A stretch of 64,000 nucleotides of DNA from Candidatus Iainarchaeum sp. (GTDB lineage Archaea > Iainarchaeota > Iainarchaeia > Iainarchaeales > JAFCCW01). The DNA lies in assembly GCA_017609985.1 (NCBI GenBank), contig JAFCCW010000010.1, forward strand, positions 1,765-65,764, in the 5' to 3' direction. Each line of letters starts with the position of its first letter. The first letter of the stretch is position 1. This document shows, one piece after another, positions 1-9,654 of the stretch. Position numbers and translations under genes: made by a program. The notes beneath the pieces are model-generated. The model was not told the origin of the DNA and made no database searches. It was given only the letters and a program-made list of their open reading frames with translations.

Positions 1-200
1 TTGCATAGGTGTGTAGTTATGCAATTGAATTTGTTCATTAAATCAAACACTTTCTCTTAAATTGTTGAGAATGTTTGCTAATATAATTTTTTGCGCCTCA
101 AATAAAAAACCGTTAATTTTAAGGGTTTAAGTTTAGATATTTTATAGAAACTGTTTGCATTTTTTTATTAAAGTTTTTTCTGAACTGTATATTTTATGTT

Positions 201-800
201 GTGGTTTTCTTGACTGTTGAAAAAACAAGATTTGAAATGGTTAAAAAAAGGCATTCAAAAACATATGTGGATGCAAAGGCAGAAGGTATGGTTGACAGCC
301 AATTGATTTCCCTCTGGGACGCAGTGCTAAAATCGGAGAATTACTTCAGTTCAAGCGGCTGTGCAGGAAGAATTCTCTTGCTTGGTTTGCCAAAGAATGC
401 TTCAAAAAAAGAAGCCTATTTTCACAGGAAATTTCACAGAAAAGTTTTGTTGAGAGAAATCATTGCAGGAGTTGAAGAAAACGAAAAAGGGGAATTATGG
501 CTGAAGCAAGAGCCATTCATTCTTCACATTGGATGCGAAAACATTTCTGGAGCAAGGGAGCTACTGAAAGTAATGAGGCGAGCAGGAATAAAGAGAGGGG
601 GAATAATGGTTGCAGAACCAGGAAAGTTCATTATTGAATGTCAGGGGACGCAGAGCCTTTCGCTTCCAGTAAAACAGGGAAAAACACAAATTATTGGAAA
701 AGAAGCCTTGTCAGAACTTGTAAAAGAAGCAAACAAAAAGCTTGAAAAAAATTACGTTAGTCTGAAAAAATTTGAGAAAGAATTAGATGATATTCTTTAA
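201..800 (+). CDS. taw3: tRNA wybutosine-synthesizing methyltransferase Taw3/TYW3
   Basis: YFSSSGCAGRI matches the TYW3 T(T/S)SSCSGRI motif; EPFILHI and AGIKRGGI segments; about 200 aa. Confidence 0.85.
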   Translation: MVFLTVEKTRFEMVKKRHSKTYVDAKAEGMVDSQLISLWDAVLKSENYFSSSGCAGRILLLGLPKNASKKEAYFHRKFHRKVLLREIIAGVEENEKGELWLKQEPFILHIGCENISGARELLKVMRRAGIKRGGIMVAEPGKFIIECQGTQSLSLPVKQGKTQIIGKEALSELVKEANKKLEKNYVSLKKFEKELDDIL

Positions 801-851
801 CCCTGCTTTTCACTCTTTTCTGTGCTGTTTTTGATTTGGTTACTCGCCAGT

Positions 852-1043
852 TTAATCTGGGTTCTCTATCATTTGTTTCATTTCCTCTTCTGTCAGTGGC
901 TTTCTCTTGTTTCTGCAAGCAATCAATTTCCTTTTCAAAATCTGTCCTGCTCTGGAAAAAGGCGATGGCTTTTTGCGGTTTGGTTTCTTTCTCTTCCGAG
1001 GAATCATTGCCTTTGGCTTTCTTGGACCCAGAAATCTAACCAT
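852..1043 (-). CDS. small basic hypothetical protein (63 aa)
   Basis: ATG at 1043 (MVRFLGPRKPK...), fills the gap between taw3 and thpR; Lys/Arg-rich like other orphans in this window. Confidence 0.45.
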   Translation of the reverse strand: MVRFLGPRKPKAMIPRKRKKPNRKKPSPFSRAGQILKRKLIACRNKRKPLTEEEMKQMIENPD

Positions 1044-1076
1044 AATAAAAAAAAACCATTCACATATAAAACTATT

Positions 1077-1607
1077 ATGCTTGAAAGCAAGAGACTGTTC
1101 TTTGCAGTCAATATTCCTGAAAAAGCAAAAAAAGAAATTTTTTCGCATTATTCAAAATCACTTCCTTCTTTGCTTAAAATAGTGCCGGAGCAAAACCTGC
1201 ACTTTACTCTTCTTTTTCTTGGAAATATTCCTGAAACTGCTTTGCAGGAAATAAGGCAAAAAGCAGAAAAAGTCAAACAGGAAAAATTCACTGTCCAACT
1301 TGGGGGAATAGGCGAATTTGAAAACAAGGTTTTGTGGGTTGGAGCATTGAGTGGAAGAGAAGAGCTTTCTAGCCTGAATCTTCAGCTTTCAGAATCTTTT
1401 GAATCGAAGCAAAAATTTCAGCCACATCTTACGATTGCAAGAAATCATGTGCTTGAAAAAGAAGAATTCAAATCCCTTGCAAACAAGCTTCAAAAAAACA
1501 AGGTTTTGATTGAATTTGAAGTAAACTCTTTTGAATTAATGGAAAGTTCTTTGAGGGCAGATGGAGCACACTATTCACAACTTGTTTCCTTTCTCCTTAA
1601 TCATTAA
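1077..1607 (+). CDS. thpR: RNA 2',3'-cyclic phosphodiesterase (2H family, LigT/ThpR)
   Basis: RLFFAV start, two HxT motifs (NLHFTL, PHLTIAR); real start is ATG 1077 rather than track start 822. Confidence 0.9.
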   Translation: MLESKRLFFAVNIPEKAKKEIFSHYSKSLPSLLKIVPEQNLHFTLLFLGNIPETALQEIRQKAEKVKQEKFTVQLGGIGEFENKVLWVGALSGREELSSLNLQLSESFESKQKFQPHLTIARNHVLEKEEFKSLANKLQKNKVLIEFEVNSFELMESSLRADGAHYSQLVSFLLNH

Positions 1608-1674
1608 ATATAATAACCTCTTTTTCTAATAGTAAAGCAGGTGATTAGAGATTAAGAAAATTTTTGAAGATGTT

Positions 1675-3027
1675 TTGAAGAAAATAACTCCCTCTGAAAA
1701 AAGCTATTCAAGGGATATGCACTTTGCCCAGTCGCTTGTTGAAAAAATAAAAGCAGTTGAAGGAAAGCATGTGCGGGTGGAGATTGCAGGAAGCTTTGCA
1801 AGAAACACTCACCTCAAGGGAGACAATGACATAGACTTGTTTGTTCTTTTTCCAAAAACTCTTCCAAGGGAAGACTTTGAAAAAGAAGGATTGCGGATTG
1901 GCAAAAACATGTTTCGTGGGCACAGGTGGGAAAAAGCTTTTTCAGAGCATCCTTACATTCGCGGTTCAATTGACGGATATGATGTGGAAATTGTTCCAAG
2001 CTATGATGTGGAGCAAGCTTCCGAACTTCAGTCAGCAGTGGATAGGTCTGTATTTCATAATAAATATTTGAAGGAAAAGCTGGACAGGGGAAAGAGAGCA
2101 GAAATAAGGCTCTTGAAAAAATTTCTTAAAGGAATCGGGTGCTATGGCGCAGAGTTAAAGACAGGGAGTGTGCCAGGCTATGTGCTTGAACTTCTTGTCC
2201 TGGAATATGGTTCTTTTGAAAAAACAATTCAGGCGGTTTCAGGCTGGCAAAAGGGAACAGTTGTTGACGTTGAAAACCATCTTGGAATAGAAAAAGCAAG
2301 GGAAAAATTTGACTCTCACTTGATTGTAGTTGACCCAACCGACAAAAACAGAAATGTTGCTGCTGCTCTCTCTTACCAGCAGTTTGCTCGTTTTATAGCT
2401 GCCTCTCGTGCTTTTCTAAAAAAACCTTCAAAAAAGTTTTTCTTTGCTCCCAAAGGAAAATCCTGGTCTGTGCCAAAAGTTAAGCAGGCGCTTGCACAAA
2501 AAGAACTTGTTGCAATTCACACCCCATATCCAAGCAAGGCACTTGAAGACATAATGTACGGGCAAATTTTCAGAACAGGAAGAAAAATTGCAGTACAACT
2601 TGCAATACACGGATTCACAGTCAAGAGAGACGAAGAGTTTATTCAGGTTGGAGAAGCAGCAGCAATGGTTTTCGAGCTTGAAAGTGTCAGACTTCAAAAA
2701 GTAACCAAAAAAACAGGACCAGAGGTTGCAGATGAAGAGAACAGTAAGAAATTTCTTGAAGCTCACGCTAGACCAGTTGCCGGACCGCGAATTGAACAAG
2801 GCAGATGGATAGTGGAAGTCAAGAGAAAATATCCAGATGCAAACAGGTTTTTGAAAGAGTATTCAAAAAAGCTTGGGAAAACAGAAAAAGAGCCTATTCG
2901 AAAAGCACTCTCGCGTGCAAAGGTTTTGGATGAAAAACAATTAATCAAGCTATACAAGAAAAACAAGGAATTTGCCTGCTTTCTGACAAGGTTCTTGAAG
3001 GGAAGGGAAGAGTTTTTGGGGTATTAA
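1675..3027 (+). CDS. cca: CCA-adding enzyme (class I tRNA nucleotidyltransferase)
   Basis: GSFARNTHLKGDNDIDLF nucleotidyltransferase motif, EHPY, SAVDRS, DPTDKNRNVAAA; start may be slightly upstream. Confidence 0.95.
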   Translation: MKKITPSEKSYSRDMHFAQSLVEKIKAVEGKHVRVEIAGSFARNTHLKGDNDIDLFVLFPKTLPREDFEKEGLRIGKNMFRGHRWEKAFSEHPYIRGSIDGYDVEIVPSYDVEQASELQSAVDRSVFHNKYLKEKLDRGKRAEIRLLKKFLKGIGCYGAELKTGSVPGYVLELLVLEYGSFEKTIQAVSGWQKGTVVDVENHLGIEKAREKFDSHLIVVDPTDKNRNVAAALSYQQFARFIAASRAFLKKPSKKFFFAPKGKSWSVPKVKQALAQKELVAIHTPYPSKALEDIMYGQIFRTGRKIAVQLAIHGFTVKRDEEFIQVGEAAAMVFELESVRLQKVTKKTGPEVADEENSKKFLEAHARPVAGPRIEQGRWIVEVKRKYPDANRFLKEYSKKLGKTEKEPIRKALSRAKVLDEKQLIKLYKKNKEFACFLTRFLKGREEFLGY

Positions 3028-3696
3028 TTATAGGCTAATTCCTCTTTTTTTAAGTTCGCTGTTAAATCTTTCAAGAAAATAGTTTCTTGCTTGTTCGTCT
3101 TTTATCATTTTTCTAAATTTTGTCATAAAAAATTTCACTGCTTTGTTTCTTTCGGATTTAGATGTAAATCTGTACAAAGACCCAATGTCTTGAAAATAAA
3201 CAAGACTTCCTGCACTTGTGAAAACAAGGTTTGGAGAATCAACTGCGATGCTGTGGCCTGTTGAGATTATTTTTGCAAAATTTGAAGTAATGGCATCGAT
3301 TACTCCTCTGTCCATGGGGAGTCTCAAATTGTAAAGAATCTTTCTCGCATCAGTATTTTTCATCATTTTGGATTGCTTGCCTCTCATAAAACCCTCCATT
3401 ACTAGAACGTATCTTCCTTCTTGATAGACATAATCCATTTTTGGCATTTTCACTCCTGCTTTCTCAAGTTTTGCAATCATGCGTCTGTGCTTTTTGACAG
3501 TTACCTTATTGGGGCTTTTGGCTGGTTTGAAAACCTTTACTGCTACAGGGTGACGTTTTCTGCTTCCGTCTTCTCTTTCAATATCAATTCTTCCTCTAAA
3601 AACAGTGCCCTCAGTTCCTCGGCCAAGCTCTTGCTCAGGATATATTTTAAGTTTTTTTATGTTTCCTCTTCTGAGTTTGTTTCTTGGCACAGGCAT
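3028..3696 (-). CDS. divergent protein-kinase-like protein
   Basis: LGRGTEGTVF Gly-loop, VAVK lysine, LVME hinge, DSPN and QDIG in catalytic-loop/DFG positions; start ATG 3696 because the track extension overlaps the tRNA. Confidence 0.6.
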   Translation of the reverse strand: MPVPRNKLRRGNIKKLKIYPEQELGRGTEGTVFRGRIDIEREDGSRKRHPVAVKVFKPAKSPNKVTVKKHRRMIAKLEKAGVKMPKMDYVYQEGRYVLVMEGFMRGKQSKMMKNTDARKILYNLRLPMDRGVIDAITSNFAKIISTGHSIAVDSPNLVFTSAGSLVYFQDIGSLYRFTSKSERNKAVKFFMTKFRKMIKDEQARNYFLERFNSELKKRGISL

Positions 3697-3752
3697 ATAG
3701 GAATAATTCCCTAACTTGTATAAATTAGTGCTTGCTGGCGGTATTTTGGAAG

Positions 3753-3824
3753 TGGACCCGAAGGGATTCGAACCCTCGATCTTTTCGTCCGAAGCGAAAC
3801 GCCCTTCCACTAGGCTACGGGTCC
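3753..3824 (-). tRNA. tRNA-Arg(TCG), intronless, CCA not encoded
   Basis: GGACCCG/CGGGTCC acceptor stem, anticodon arm TTTCG-CT TCG GA-CGAAA, T arm GAGGG-TTCGAAT-CCCTT. Confidence 0.95.
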
Positions 3825-3933
3825 AGTGCTCTCATTGCTTGTTTTTAACTTCATTGCTTAACTTTAAAAACAATGCGCAATAAAACTATAGTATTGCTAA
3901 TTCATTTAAATTTAGCAGTTTTTTGGTGATTTT

Positions 3934-4089
3934 ATGAAGGTTTGTGGAACATGCAATCGAGAGGTAACTGACGATTACGTTGAGTTCAAGTGCCCGTCTT
4001 GTGGCAAGTCACGCATTGTGAGATGCGATCACTGCAGACAACAGGCAAAGCCTTACAAGTGTGAAGAATGCGGCTTTGAAGGGCCATAG
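3934..4089 (+). CDS. double Zn-ribbon protein, DUF1610/HVO_2753 family (51 aa, not in ORF track)
   Basis: MKVCGTC...FKCPSCG...RCDHCR...YKCEECGFEGP; GGTGA RBS; conserved position upstream of EF-1beta. Confidence 0.9.
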   Translation: MKVCGTCNREVTDDYVEFKCPSCGKSRIVRCDHCRQQAKPYKCEECGFEGP

Positions 4090-4092
4090 GAG

Positions 4093-4362
4093 ATGAATGA
4101 AATGGGCGACGTGCTGGTTATTTTAAAGATTTATCCTGAAGGAATTGATGAAATCGAGCTAGTTGAAAAAGGAGTGAAGGGAATAACTGCTGGGGAAGTC
4201 AAAGAGGTTAAGAGAGAACCAATTGCCTTTGGAATGGAACTCATAAAAGCAGGAATTGCAATTCCGGACAAGGAAGAAGGCAGAATGGAAAAGCTTGAAG
4301 AAGCACTCAAAGCGCTTCCAGGAGTCAAAGAAGTTGAAGTAGAAGGAATGACACTTCTCTAA
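4093..4362 (+). CDS. ef1b: translation elongation factor 1-beta
   Basis: MGDVLVILKIYPE, EPIAFG motif, about 88 aa; start could be 4102. Confidence 0.92.
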   Translation: MNEMGDVLVILKIYPEGIDEIELVEKGVKGITAGEVKEVKREPIAFGMELIKAGIAIPDKEEGRMEKLEEALKALPGVKEVEVEGMTLL

Positions 4363-4376
4363 GTATACATAACAAA

Positions 4377-4850
4377 TTATTTTCTTCTTCTCGGCGCAGG
4401 TTTTCTTTTTCTTTTAGTTTTCTTTTTTGTTGCTATTGCCTTTCTCAAAGCATCTGCCTCTTTTGTCCTTTTTGGTCTTTGAAGAATAGTTCCCGCATCG
4501 AAAGATTTCATTGTAGCATCTAATCTTCTGCTTATTGCTTGTATTTCATTAGCGTGGTATTTTCTCTTTTCTGTATTTCTTGTTTTGTACATGCTTAAAA
4601 GAGCTCTTGCCTGAGCAGTAATTAAACCCTGTACTGCATGGAGTGCAACATTTGCTTCCTTAATTTTTTTTGAATCTCTTGATTTTGTGGCTTTTTCAAG
4701 TTTCACTAAAACTTCTCTTTTTGATTCCCAAAGCTTTTTTTCGATGCCTTCGGAGGCAAGGAAAGGTTCTCTTAAAAGTTGTGCTCTGCTTGTTTTTGAC
4801 AGGCTCTCAAGGAAAGCATCATTTAAATTTGATTCTGTTTCTTGTTCCAT
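4377..4850 (-). CDS. hypothetical protein with highly basic C-terminus
   Basis: 157-aa ORF ending KKKTKRKRKPAPRRRK. Confidence 0.6.
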   Translation of the reverse strand: MEQETESNLNDAFLESLSKTSRAQLLREPFLASEGIEKKLWESKREVLVKLEKATKSRDSKKIKEANVALHAVQGLITAQARALLSMYKTRNTEKRKYHANEIQAISRRLDATMKSFDAGTILQRPKRTKEADALRKAIATKKKTKRKRKPAPRRRK

Positions 4851-4933
4851 TCAAAGAATATTGCTTTCTCAAATAAAAGCTTTTCTTAATTCTGCAATAG
4901 TTTTATTGCTTTTTCTCAACAGAATTATTTTGC

Positions 4934-7000
4934 ATGATTAAATCCATCAAGCTAGAGAACTGGAAAACCCATCATTCAACTGAACTGGAATTTGGAAAGG
5001 GAACAAACGTGCTTGTCGGCGAGATGGGTTCTGGAAAGTCAAGCGTGATGGACGCGGTTTCTTTTGCCTTGTTTGGAACATTTCCTGCTTTGAAGAGCAA
5101 ACGGGTTTCAATGGATGAAGTAATTATGGGCAGACCAAACGAAGCTGATTTTGCAAAAATTTGCCTTGAATTTGACTATCGTGAAAAAAATTTCAGAGTT
5201 GAGCGAACAATCAAGCGCGGTGGAAAAGCAAATCAAGCAAGCTTGTATATTGGTGAAAAACTTTCCGCAGGTCCCAAGGTGGGTGATGTCAACGAACGAA
5301 TTTCAAAAGAACTAAGTGTGTCATATGACTTGTTTTCGAGAGCAGTGTACAGCGAACAAAACCAGATTGACTTTTTTTTAAGGCTTAGTCCACGTGACAG
5401 AAAAGAGAAATTTGACGAACTTCTTGACCTAAAGCGTTATGAAACAGCAAGAGCTTCTTGCGTGACTGTTTCAAACAGGCTGGGGCAGAGAGCAAACGAT
5501 CTTAGAAAATTTGTTGAAGACCAAAAAAACGCTTTCTCTGGAAAAGAAACTGAAGAGATGAAAAAACGCCTTGAAGAAAAAACAAGAGAGCGCACGGAAA
5601 CAGAGAACAAGATTTCTTCAGCAAAAAAGATTTCTGCGGAAGCAGACTTGATTTTGAAAAAACTTGAAGAACAAGAATCAGAATACCGTGTTTTTAACAA
5701 TGCATTTATTGCAGGAGAAGCTCGTCTGAAAGAAATGGCTGATGCAATAGCTGAAGCAGAGAAAAAAATCAAAGGACGCTCAATCAAGGAGATTGCTGAG
5801 AAAGTCAAGAAGCTTGAAAAAGAGCTGGATTTGTTAGAAAAGGAAAAGCAGGAAAACAATGAAAAAGCAATTCAGTTGCAAGCAAGAGCTGATGAGTCTC
5901 TTCAAAAAAAATCTGTTGTTGAATCAAAAATAAAAGACCTTGAAAAGCATTTTGCAGAGTTGGAGGGGCTGGGAGCAGAGTGTCCAGTTTGCAAGTCCGA
6001 GCTTGACGAAAAATCAAAAGCTCAGCTTATTGAAGAAAATCAAAGCGAGAGAAAAAAACTTGAAGAAAATTTAGCAGAAGAAACAAAAAAATCAGAAAAG
6101 ATTTTTTTCGAAAAAAACAAGCTGGAAGAAGAAAAAAGCAATTTTGAAAAAAAATTCAGAGAATTGAGCAATTCAGAGAGACAAGAAAGGGAAATACTCG
6201 AAAGTGCAGAAAAGCTTGAAGAAAACAGAAAAAAGTCAGAAACACTTAAAGAAGAACTTGAAAAAACAAAAGAACAGATTAAAGCGCTTTTATTTGACGA
6301 AAAAAAGCTTTCTGAGGCAAGAGAAAAGCTTTCTGAGGCAAGACTTAATCTTGAAAGATTAATAGGACAAGAAAAATCATTAAAAGATGTAATCGAAGAA
6401 ATTGAACATGGCATCAAGCTCGCTAAAAAAGCAAGAGAGCATGTGAAAAAATCTGAAAAAGAGGTTTTGCAACTTGAAGAAATCAAATCCAAGCTTGAAC
6501 TCTTTCGCGCCTCACTTATTGCTACTCAGGCAGAATTAAGGGAAACTCTTGTTGAAGGTGTTAACTCTGCAATGGACACTGTTTGGCAGAGGATTTATCC
6601 ATACCAAGACTATGTTTCTGCAAGAATGGAAATAGAACAGGGAAGTTACGAGCTAAAAGTAAAAACAAGGTCTGGTGCTTGGGTCAGAGTAGAGGGTATT
6701 TTGAGCGGGGGGGAAAGAAGCGCTGCTGCTCTATGCATTCGCATTGCATTTTCTCTGGTTCTTACTCAGAATCTTAGCTGGTTAATTCTTGACGAGCCAA
6801 CTCACAATCTTGATAGCAATGCTGTTCGCAAGCTTAGTGAAATGCTTCGTTCTCAGCTTCCAGAAATGGTTGAACAAATATTTATTATCACGCACGACAA
6901 AGAAATGGAAAAAGCAGCTTCTTCAAATCTTTATCTAATGCAGAGAGACAAAGACAACGATGGCACAACAAAGCCGGTTCTTCAGCAGATAGAGCACTAG
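4934..7000 (+). CDS. rad50: Rad50-type SMC/ABC ATPase
   Basis: Walker A GEMGSGKS, coiled coil with central CPVC zinc hook, LSGGE signature, LILDEPT, ITHD. Confidence 0.88.
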   Translation: MIKSIKLENWKTHHSTELEFGKGTNVLVGEMGSGKSSVMDAVSFALFGTFPALKSKRVSMDEVIMGRPNEADFAKICLEFDYREKNFRVERTIKRGGKANQASLYIGEKLSAGPKVGDVNERISKELSVSYDLFSRAVYSEQNQIDFFLRLSPRDRKEKFDELLDLKRYETARASCVTVSNRLGQRANDLRKFVEDQKNAFSGKETEEMKKRLEEKTRERTETENKISSAKKISAEADLILKKLEEQESEYRVFNNAFIAGEARLKEMADAIAEAEKKIKGRSIKEIAEKVKKLEKELDLLEKEKQENNEKAIQLQARADESLQKKSVVESKIKDLEKHFAELEGLGAECPVCKSELDEKSKAQLIEENQSERKKLEENLAEETKKSEKIFFEKNKLEEEKSNFEKKFRELSNSERQEREILESAEKLEENRKKSETLKEELEKTKEQIKALLFDEKKLSEAREKLSEARLNLERLIGQEKSLKDVIEEIEHGIKLAKKAREHVKKSEKEVLQLEEIKSKLELFRASLIATQAELRETLVEGVNSAMDTVWQRIYPYQDYVSARMEIEQGSYELKVKTRSGAWVRVEGILSGGERSAAALCIRIAFSLVLTQNLSWLILDEPTHNLDSNAVRKLSEMLRSQLPEMVEQIFIITHDKEMEKAASSNLYLMQRDKDNDGTTKPVLQQIEH

Positions 7001-7482
7001 TTTATTTTTCCATTTTTGCCAACAAAGCCAAGTTTTTTGTTATCCTTGCTTCTAAAGACTCTTTTGGTTACTTCTCTTTCAAGATTGGCACCATAAATTT
7101 TGCGAAGTTGCCCAATAACCTCTGCAACTTCTGCTTTTCCTCTTAACAATCCATTTTCTTTCGCAAGCTCTGCCATTGCAATCATTGAATTTTTATAAAC
7201 AAGACCTGCTTTGATTCCAGAGATTAGTTTTTGTATGTCAATTTTTCCTTTTGAATCAGTAAAGCGCTTTGCAATTTCGGAAATTTCTTCTTCCGTAAAA
7301 ATTTTTGAAATAAAATTTCGCACATTTGTTTCTCGCTCTCTAATAGAGGGATATTCATCCCATCTGAACAGCAATCTGATTTTATCAAGAGGGACAGACT
7401 CAAAAATATTTATTTCATTATATTTTGGGACGCGACCATATTCTAATTCTCCCAGAATCTTGAAGTTCCCCTTATTAACCAT
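6997..7482 (-). CDS. hypothetical protein
   Basis: 161-aa ORF, convergent with rad50; start uncertain. Confidence 0.5.
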   Translation of the reverse strand: MVNKGNFKILGELEYGRVPKYNEINIFESVPLDKIRLLFRWDEYPSIRERETNVRNFISKIFTEEEISEIAKRFTDSKGKIDIQKLISGIKAGLVYKNSMIAMAELAKENGLLRGKAEVAEVIGQLRKIYGANLEREVTKRVFRSKDNKKLGFVGKNGKIN

Positions 7483-7562
7483 TTGCTGAAGAACTGCCTG
7501 ACTCTTGCTCTTGGAGAAAGCCTTGTCATAAGAAAATAAGCAAGGTGTTATATAAAAAACAG

Positions 7563-7751
7563 CTAGTTTGCGTCTTTAATCATTCTGGAAATATAGCCTG
7601 CCATGATGTTTCTGTCGTTTTTTGAAAGAGAAAGACCTATTCCGTTAATGACTTCCTTGTTTTTTTCAAAATCCTTTCCAAACTTTTCCTTGTGGTTTTC
7701 TAAGAGATATTCTGCTCTTGATTTGATTGATTTTGGAACAGCTTTTCCCAT
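7563..7751 (-). CDS. rps17e: 30S ribosomal protein S17e
   Basis: DFEKNK and RNIMAGYISR motifs. Confidence 0.92.
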   Translation of the reverse strand: MGKAVPKSIKSRAEYLLENHKEKFGKDFEKNKEVINGIGLSLSKNDRNIMAGYISRMIKDAN

Positions 7752-7759
7752 AAAAACAC

Positions 7760-7963
7760 CTAATTAAGTTCTACTCTTTTTTCTTCACCATTTGGAAAAT
7801 GTCTAATGACTGTGAGCGGAAGAACATTGTCTTCAAGCTCTTTTTTAGCTGTTTCCAAAGGAGTTCCAGCACCTTCTTTTACAAGAGCAGGAGCACCCAT
7901 TGAAATCTGAAGGGCTCTAGCACCTATGAGCCTTGTTCTCTCAAATCTTGTTAAAATTGGCAT
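7760..7963 (-). CDS. rpoK: DNA-directed RNA polymerase subunit K (Rpo6)
   Basis: [22 protein letters not shown] signature. Confidence 0.95.
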   Translation of the reverse strand: MPILTRFERTRLIGARALQISMGAPALVKEGAGTPLETAKKELEDNVLPLTVIRHFPNGEEKRVELN

Positions 7964-8011
7964 AAAACCACAAAAAGAGTTTATTTCAAATAAACTTGCA
8001 TTAGATAAGGT

Positions 8012-9559
8012 TTAAAAAGGAATTGTCTTTCTTGCGCTGAAACTTATTGCGCGGTGTTTTTTAGATATCTCGGGAATTGGAAAAGTAGAGTTTTTTGAAA
8101 ATTCACGAGCTAACTTCAATGGTTCCTCTGATTTAACAAAAGCGCTGTTTCCCTGACAGCAAATGAATCTTTCTCTTCTGTTTCCACTTATTTTTCTAAA
8201 TTCGTCTATTGTGGAGCTTTTTATTGCATTTATTCCTTTTGCTATTTCTGAGTGAAAGAAAGAGCTTTTTGGATTTTGAAGTTGTCTGAATAGTTCATTT
8301 CTTACAAGGCAGGAATTTTTTTCAAGGCTTTGCATGAAAATCATTTCACTGGTTTTAGAAGAAACACTTTCTCCAATAATGCCGTGTTTTTCAAAAGCCT
8401 TGCTTTTTTGTTTTTCAATATTTTTTGAAGCAAAAACAGTTGCTGATGAAAGAGAATCCAACTGGCTTGAAATAAAAGACTCTTTGTTTTTGCAGGTCCA
8501 GGCAAGACAAGAATTTCCAGTTATTTTTCCTATTCTTGTTTTTTCAAGTTCTTGAGCATCCCTAATTGGAACAAAGGCTGTTTCCTGTCGTGAAAAAGGG
8601 CCTACTGGAATTGTCTGCAGAAAGAATTCATCCATATATTTTATTCTTTTTTCTTTCAGTTCCCTGCTTTTGTGAAATTCTTCTGAAAAAGAGGGAAGGG
8701 TTGACTCAAAATAAACTGCGTCCTGCAAAAAGCTCACTTCAACTATGGAAGAGGGCAAAACATTGGGGCTGAAAGGACTAACAGGCTTGCAGCAATCGCA
8801 ATTCAAAGAGTCAACCCCTAAATTAAAAAAAGCAAATCCAAGCATTGAACTCCAGACCTTGGAAAAATCAAATTCGACTACATCTGAAAAAACACCGTTA
8901 AGATTTGAAACAGGTTCGTAAAAAGAATTGTTTTCTTTTTCAGGTTTTGGAAAACCAGCTTTGAAAAAAGCATTTTCGAGAGCAATTTCTCCAATTGATA
9001 TTGAAAGATGATTAACCTGTTCTGCTGGAATTTTTAAGAGATTTGAGAGCACTATACTGTCAGCTAACCCAATTGCCTTTTGTCTGTCTTGTTCAGCTAA
9101 AAGCTCTATTGTTGAATCAAGCGACTCTGCAGTAAATCTTGTTTTTGAAGTTGGAACTCGCAGGGGGAGTTTTTCAGGAAGATTGTCTGAAAATCTAAAA
9201 CAGTCAAAATAACTCCAATTTTTTTCAATTAAAAACTGTCTCTCTGGTTCAAGATGAGATATTCCGATTTTGAAAGAAGAATGAATAGCGTTTCTTATTT
9301 TCTTGAGATCAGAGTAAGTTGAAGCACTTATTTTAATGCTGTTTTTTAAATTTTCAAACTTGCTTTTTTGAGGGTCAAGAGTGAAGAGAAGCTCCCGGAT
9401 TAACTCTCCAGCTCTGTCCTCTTTTGGTGCAAGAAGTGAGGGAAAGAAGGTAAAGCGTTCGTTTCTCTTGGTTTCTTCTGAAGAGAATTCTGCAGCAATG
9501 CATTTTTTTTCTTCAAGATATCTCACTTCAGTGAGAAACCAGTGGGTGTCGGGAGACAT
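8012..9559 (-). CDS. degenerate (probably catalytically inactive) family B DNA polymerase derivative
   Basis: EPERQFLIEK (N-terminal RYLID-like); FDFSKVWSSM...NLGVDSLNCDCC corresponds to motif A DFxSLYPS...NISPxTLNCxCC; ICCQGNSAFV occupies the YGDTDS position. Confidence 0.65.
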   Translation of the reverse strand: MSPDTHWFLTEVRYLEEKKCIAAEFSSEETKRNERFTFFPSLLAPKEDRAGELIRELLFTLDPQKSKFENLKNSIKISASTYSDLKKIRNAIHSSFKIGISHLEPERQFLIEKNWSYFDCFRFSDNLPEKLPLRVPTSKTRFTAESLDSTIELLAEQDRQKAIGLADSIVLSNLLKIPAEQVNHLSISIGEIALENAFFKAGFPKPEKENNSFYEPVSNLNGVFSDVVEFDFSKVWSSMLGFAFFNLGVDSLNCDCCKPVSPFSPNVLPSSIVEVSFLQDAVYFESTLPSFSEEFHKSRELKEKRIKYMDEFFLQTIPVGPFSRQETAFVPIRDAQELEKTRIGKITGNSCLAWTCKNKESFISSQLDSLSSATVFASKNIEKQKSKAFEKHGIIGESVSSKTSEMIFMQSLEKNSCLVRNELFRQLQNPKSSFFHSEIAKGINAIKSSTIDEFRKISGNRRERFICCQGNSAFVKSEEPLKLAREFSKNSTFPIPEISKKHRAISFSARKTIPF

Positions 9560-9585
9560 TATGTAAAAGAATGCGTTTCAGTAGC

Positions 9586-9630
9586 TTTTAAAGAAAACGA
9601 AGCTCACGCAGGATTTCCGGTGAACTTGAA
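9586..9630 (-). promoter_or_regulatory. promoter of the degenerate PolB gene with upstream GTTCACCGGAA element
   Basis: minus-strand TTCAAGTTCACCGGAAATCC (9630-9611) and CTTTAAAA TATA at 9593-9586; second variant copy GTTCACTGGAA at 9652-9642. Confidence 0.7.
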
Positions 9631-9654
9631 AGGATGGAAAATTCCAGTGAACTT

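Noticed and set aside
3697-3810. N-terminal extension of the kinase-like ORF given in the track
   Set aside because: Overlaps the tRNA-Arg gene on the same strand; ATG 3696 is the plausible start.
6303-6343. 21-nt-period duplication AAAAGCTTTCTGAGGCAAGA in rad50
   Set aside because: In-frame heptad duplication in a coiled coil; not a mobile-element or CRISPR signature.
7443-7529. Short ORF MTRLSPRARVRQFFSK... possibly the frameshifted true start of 6997..7482
   Set aside because: Cannot be distinguished from chance overlap without homologs or reads.
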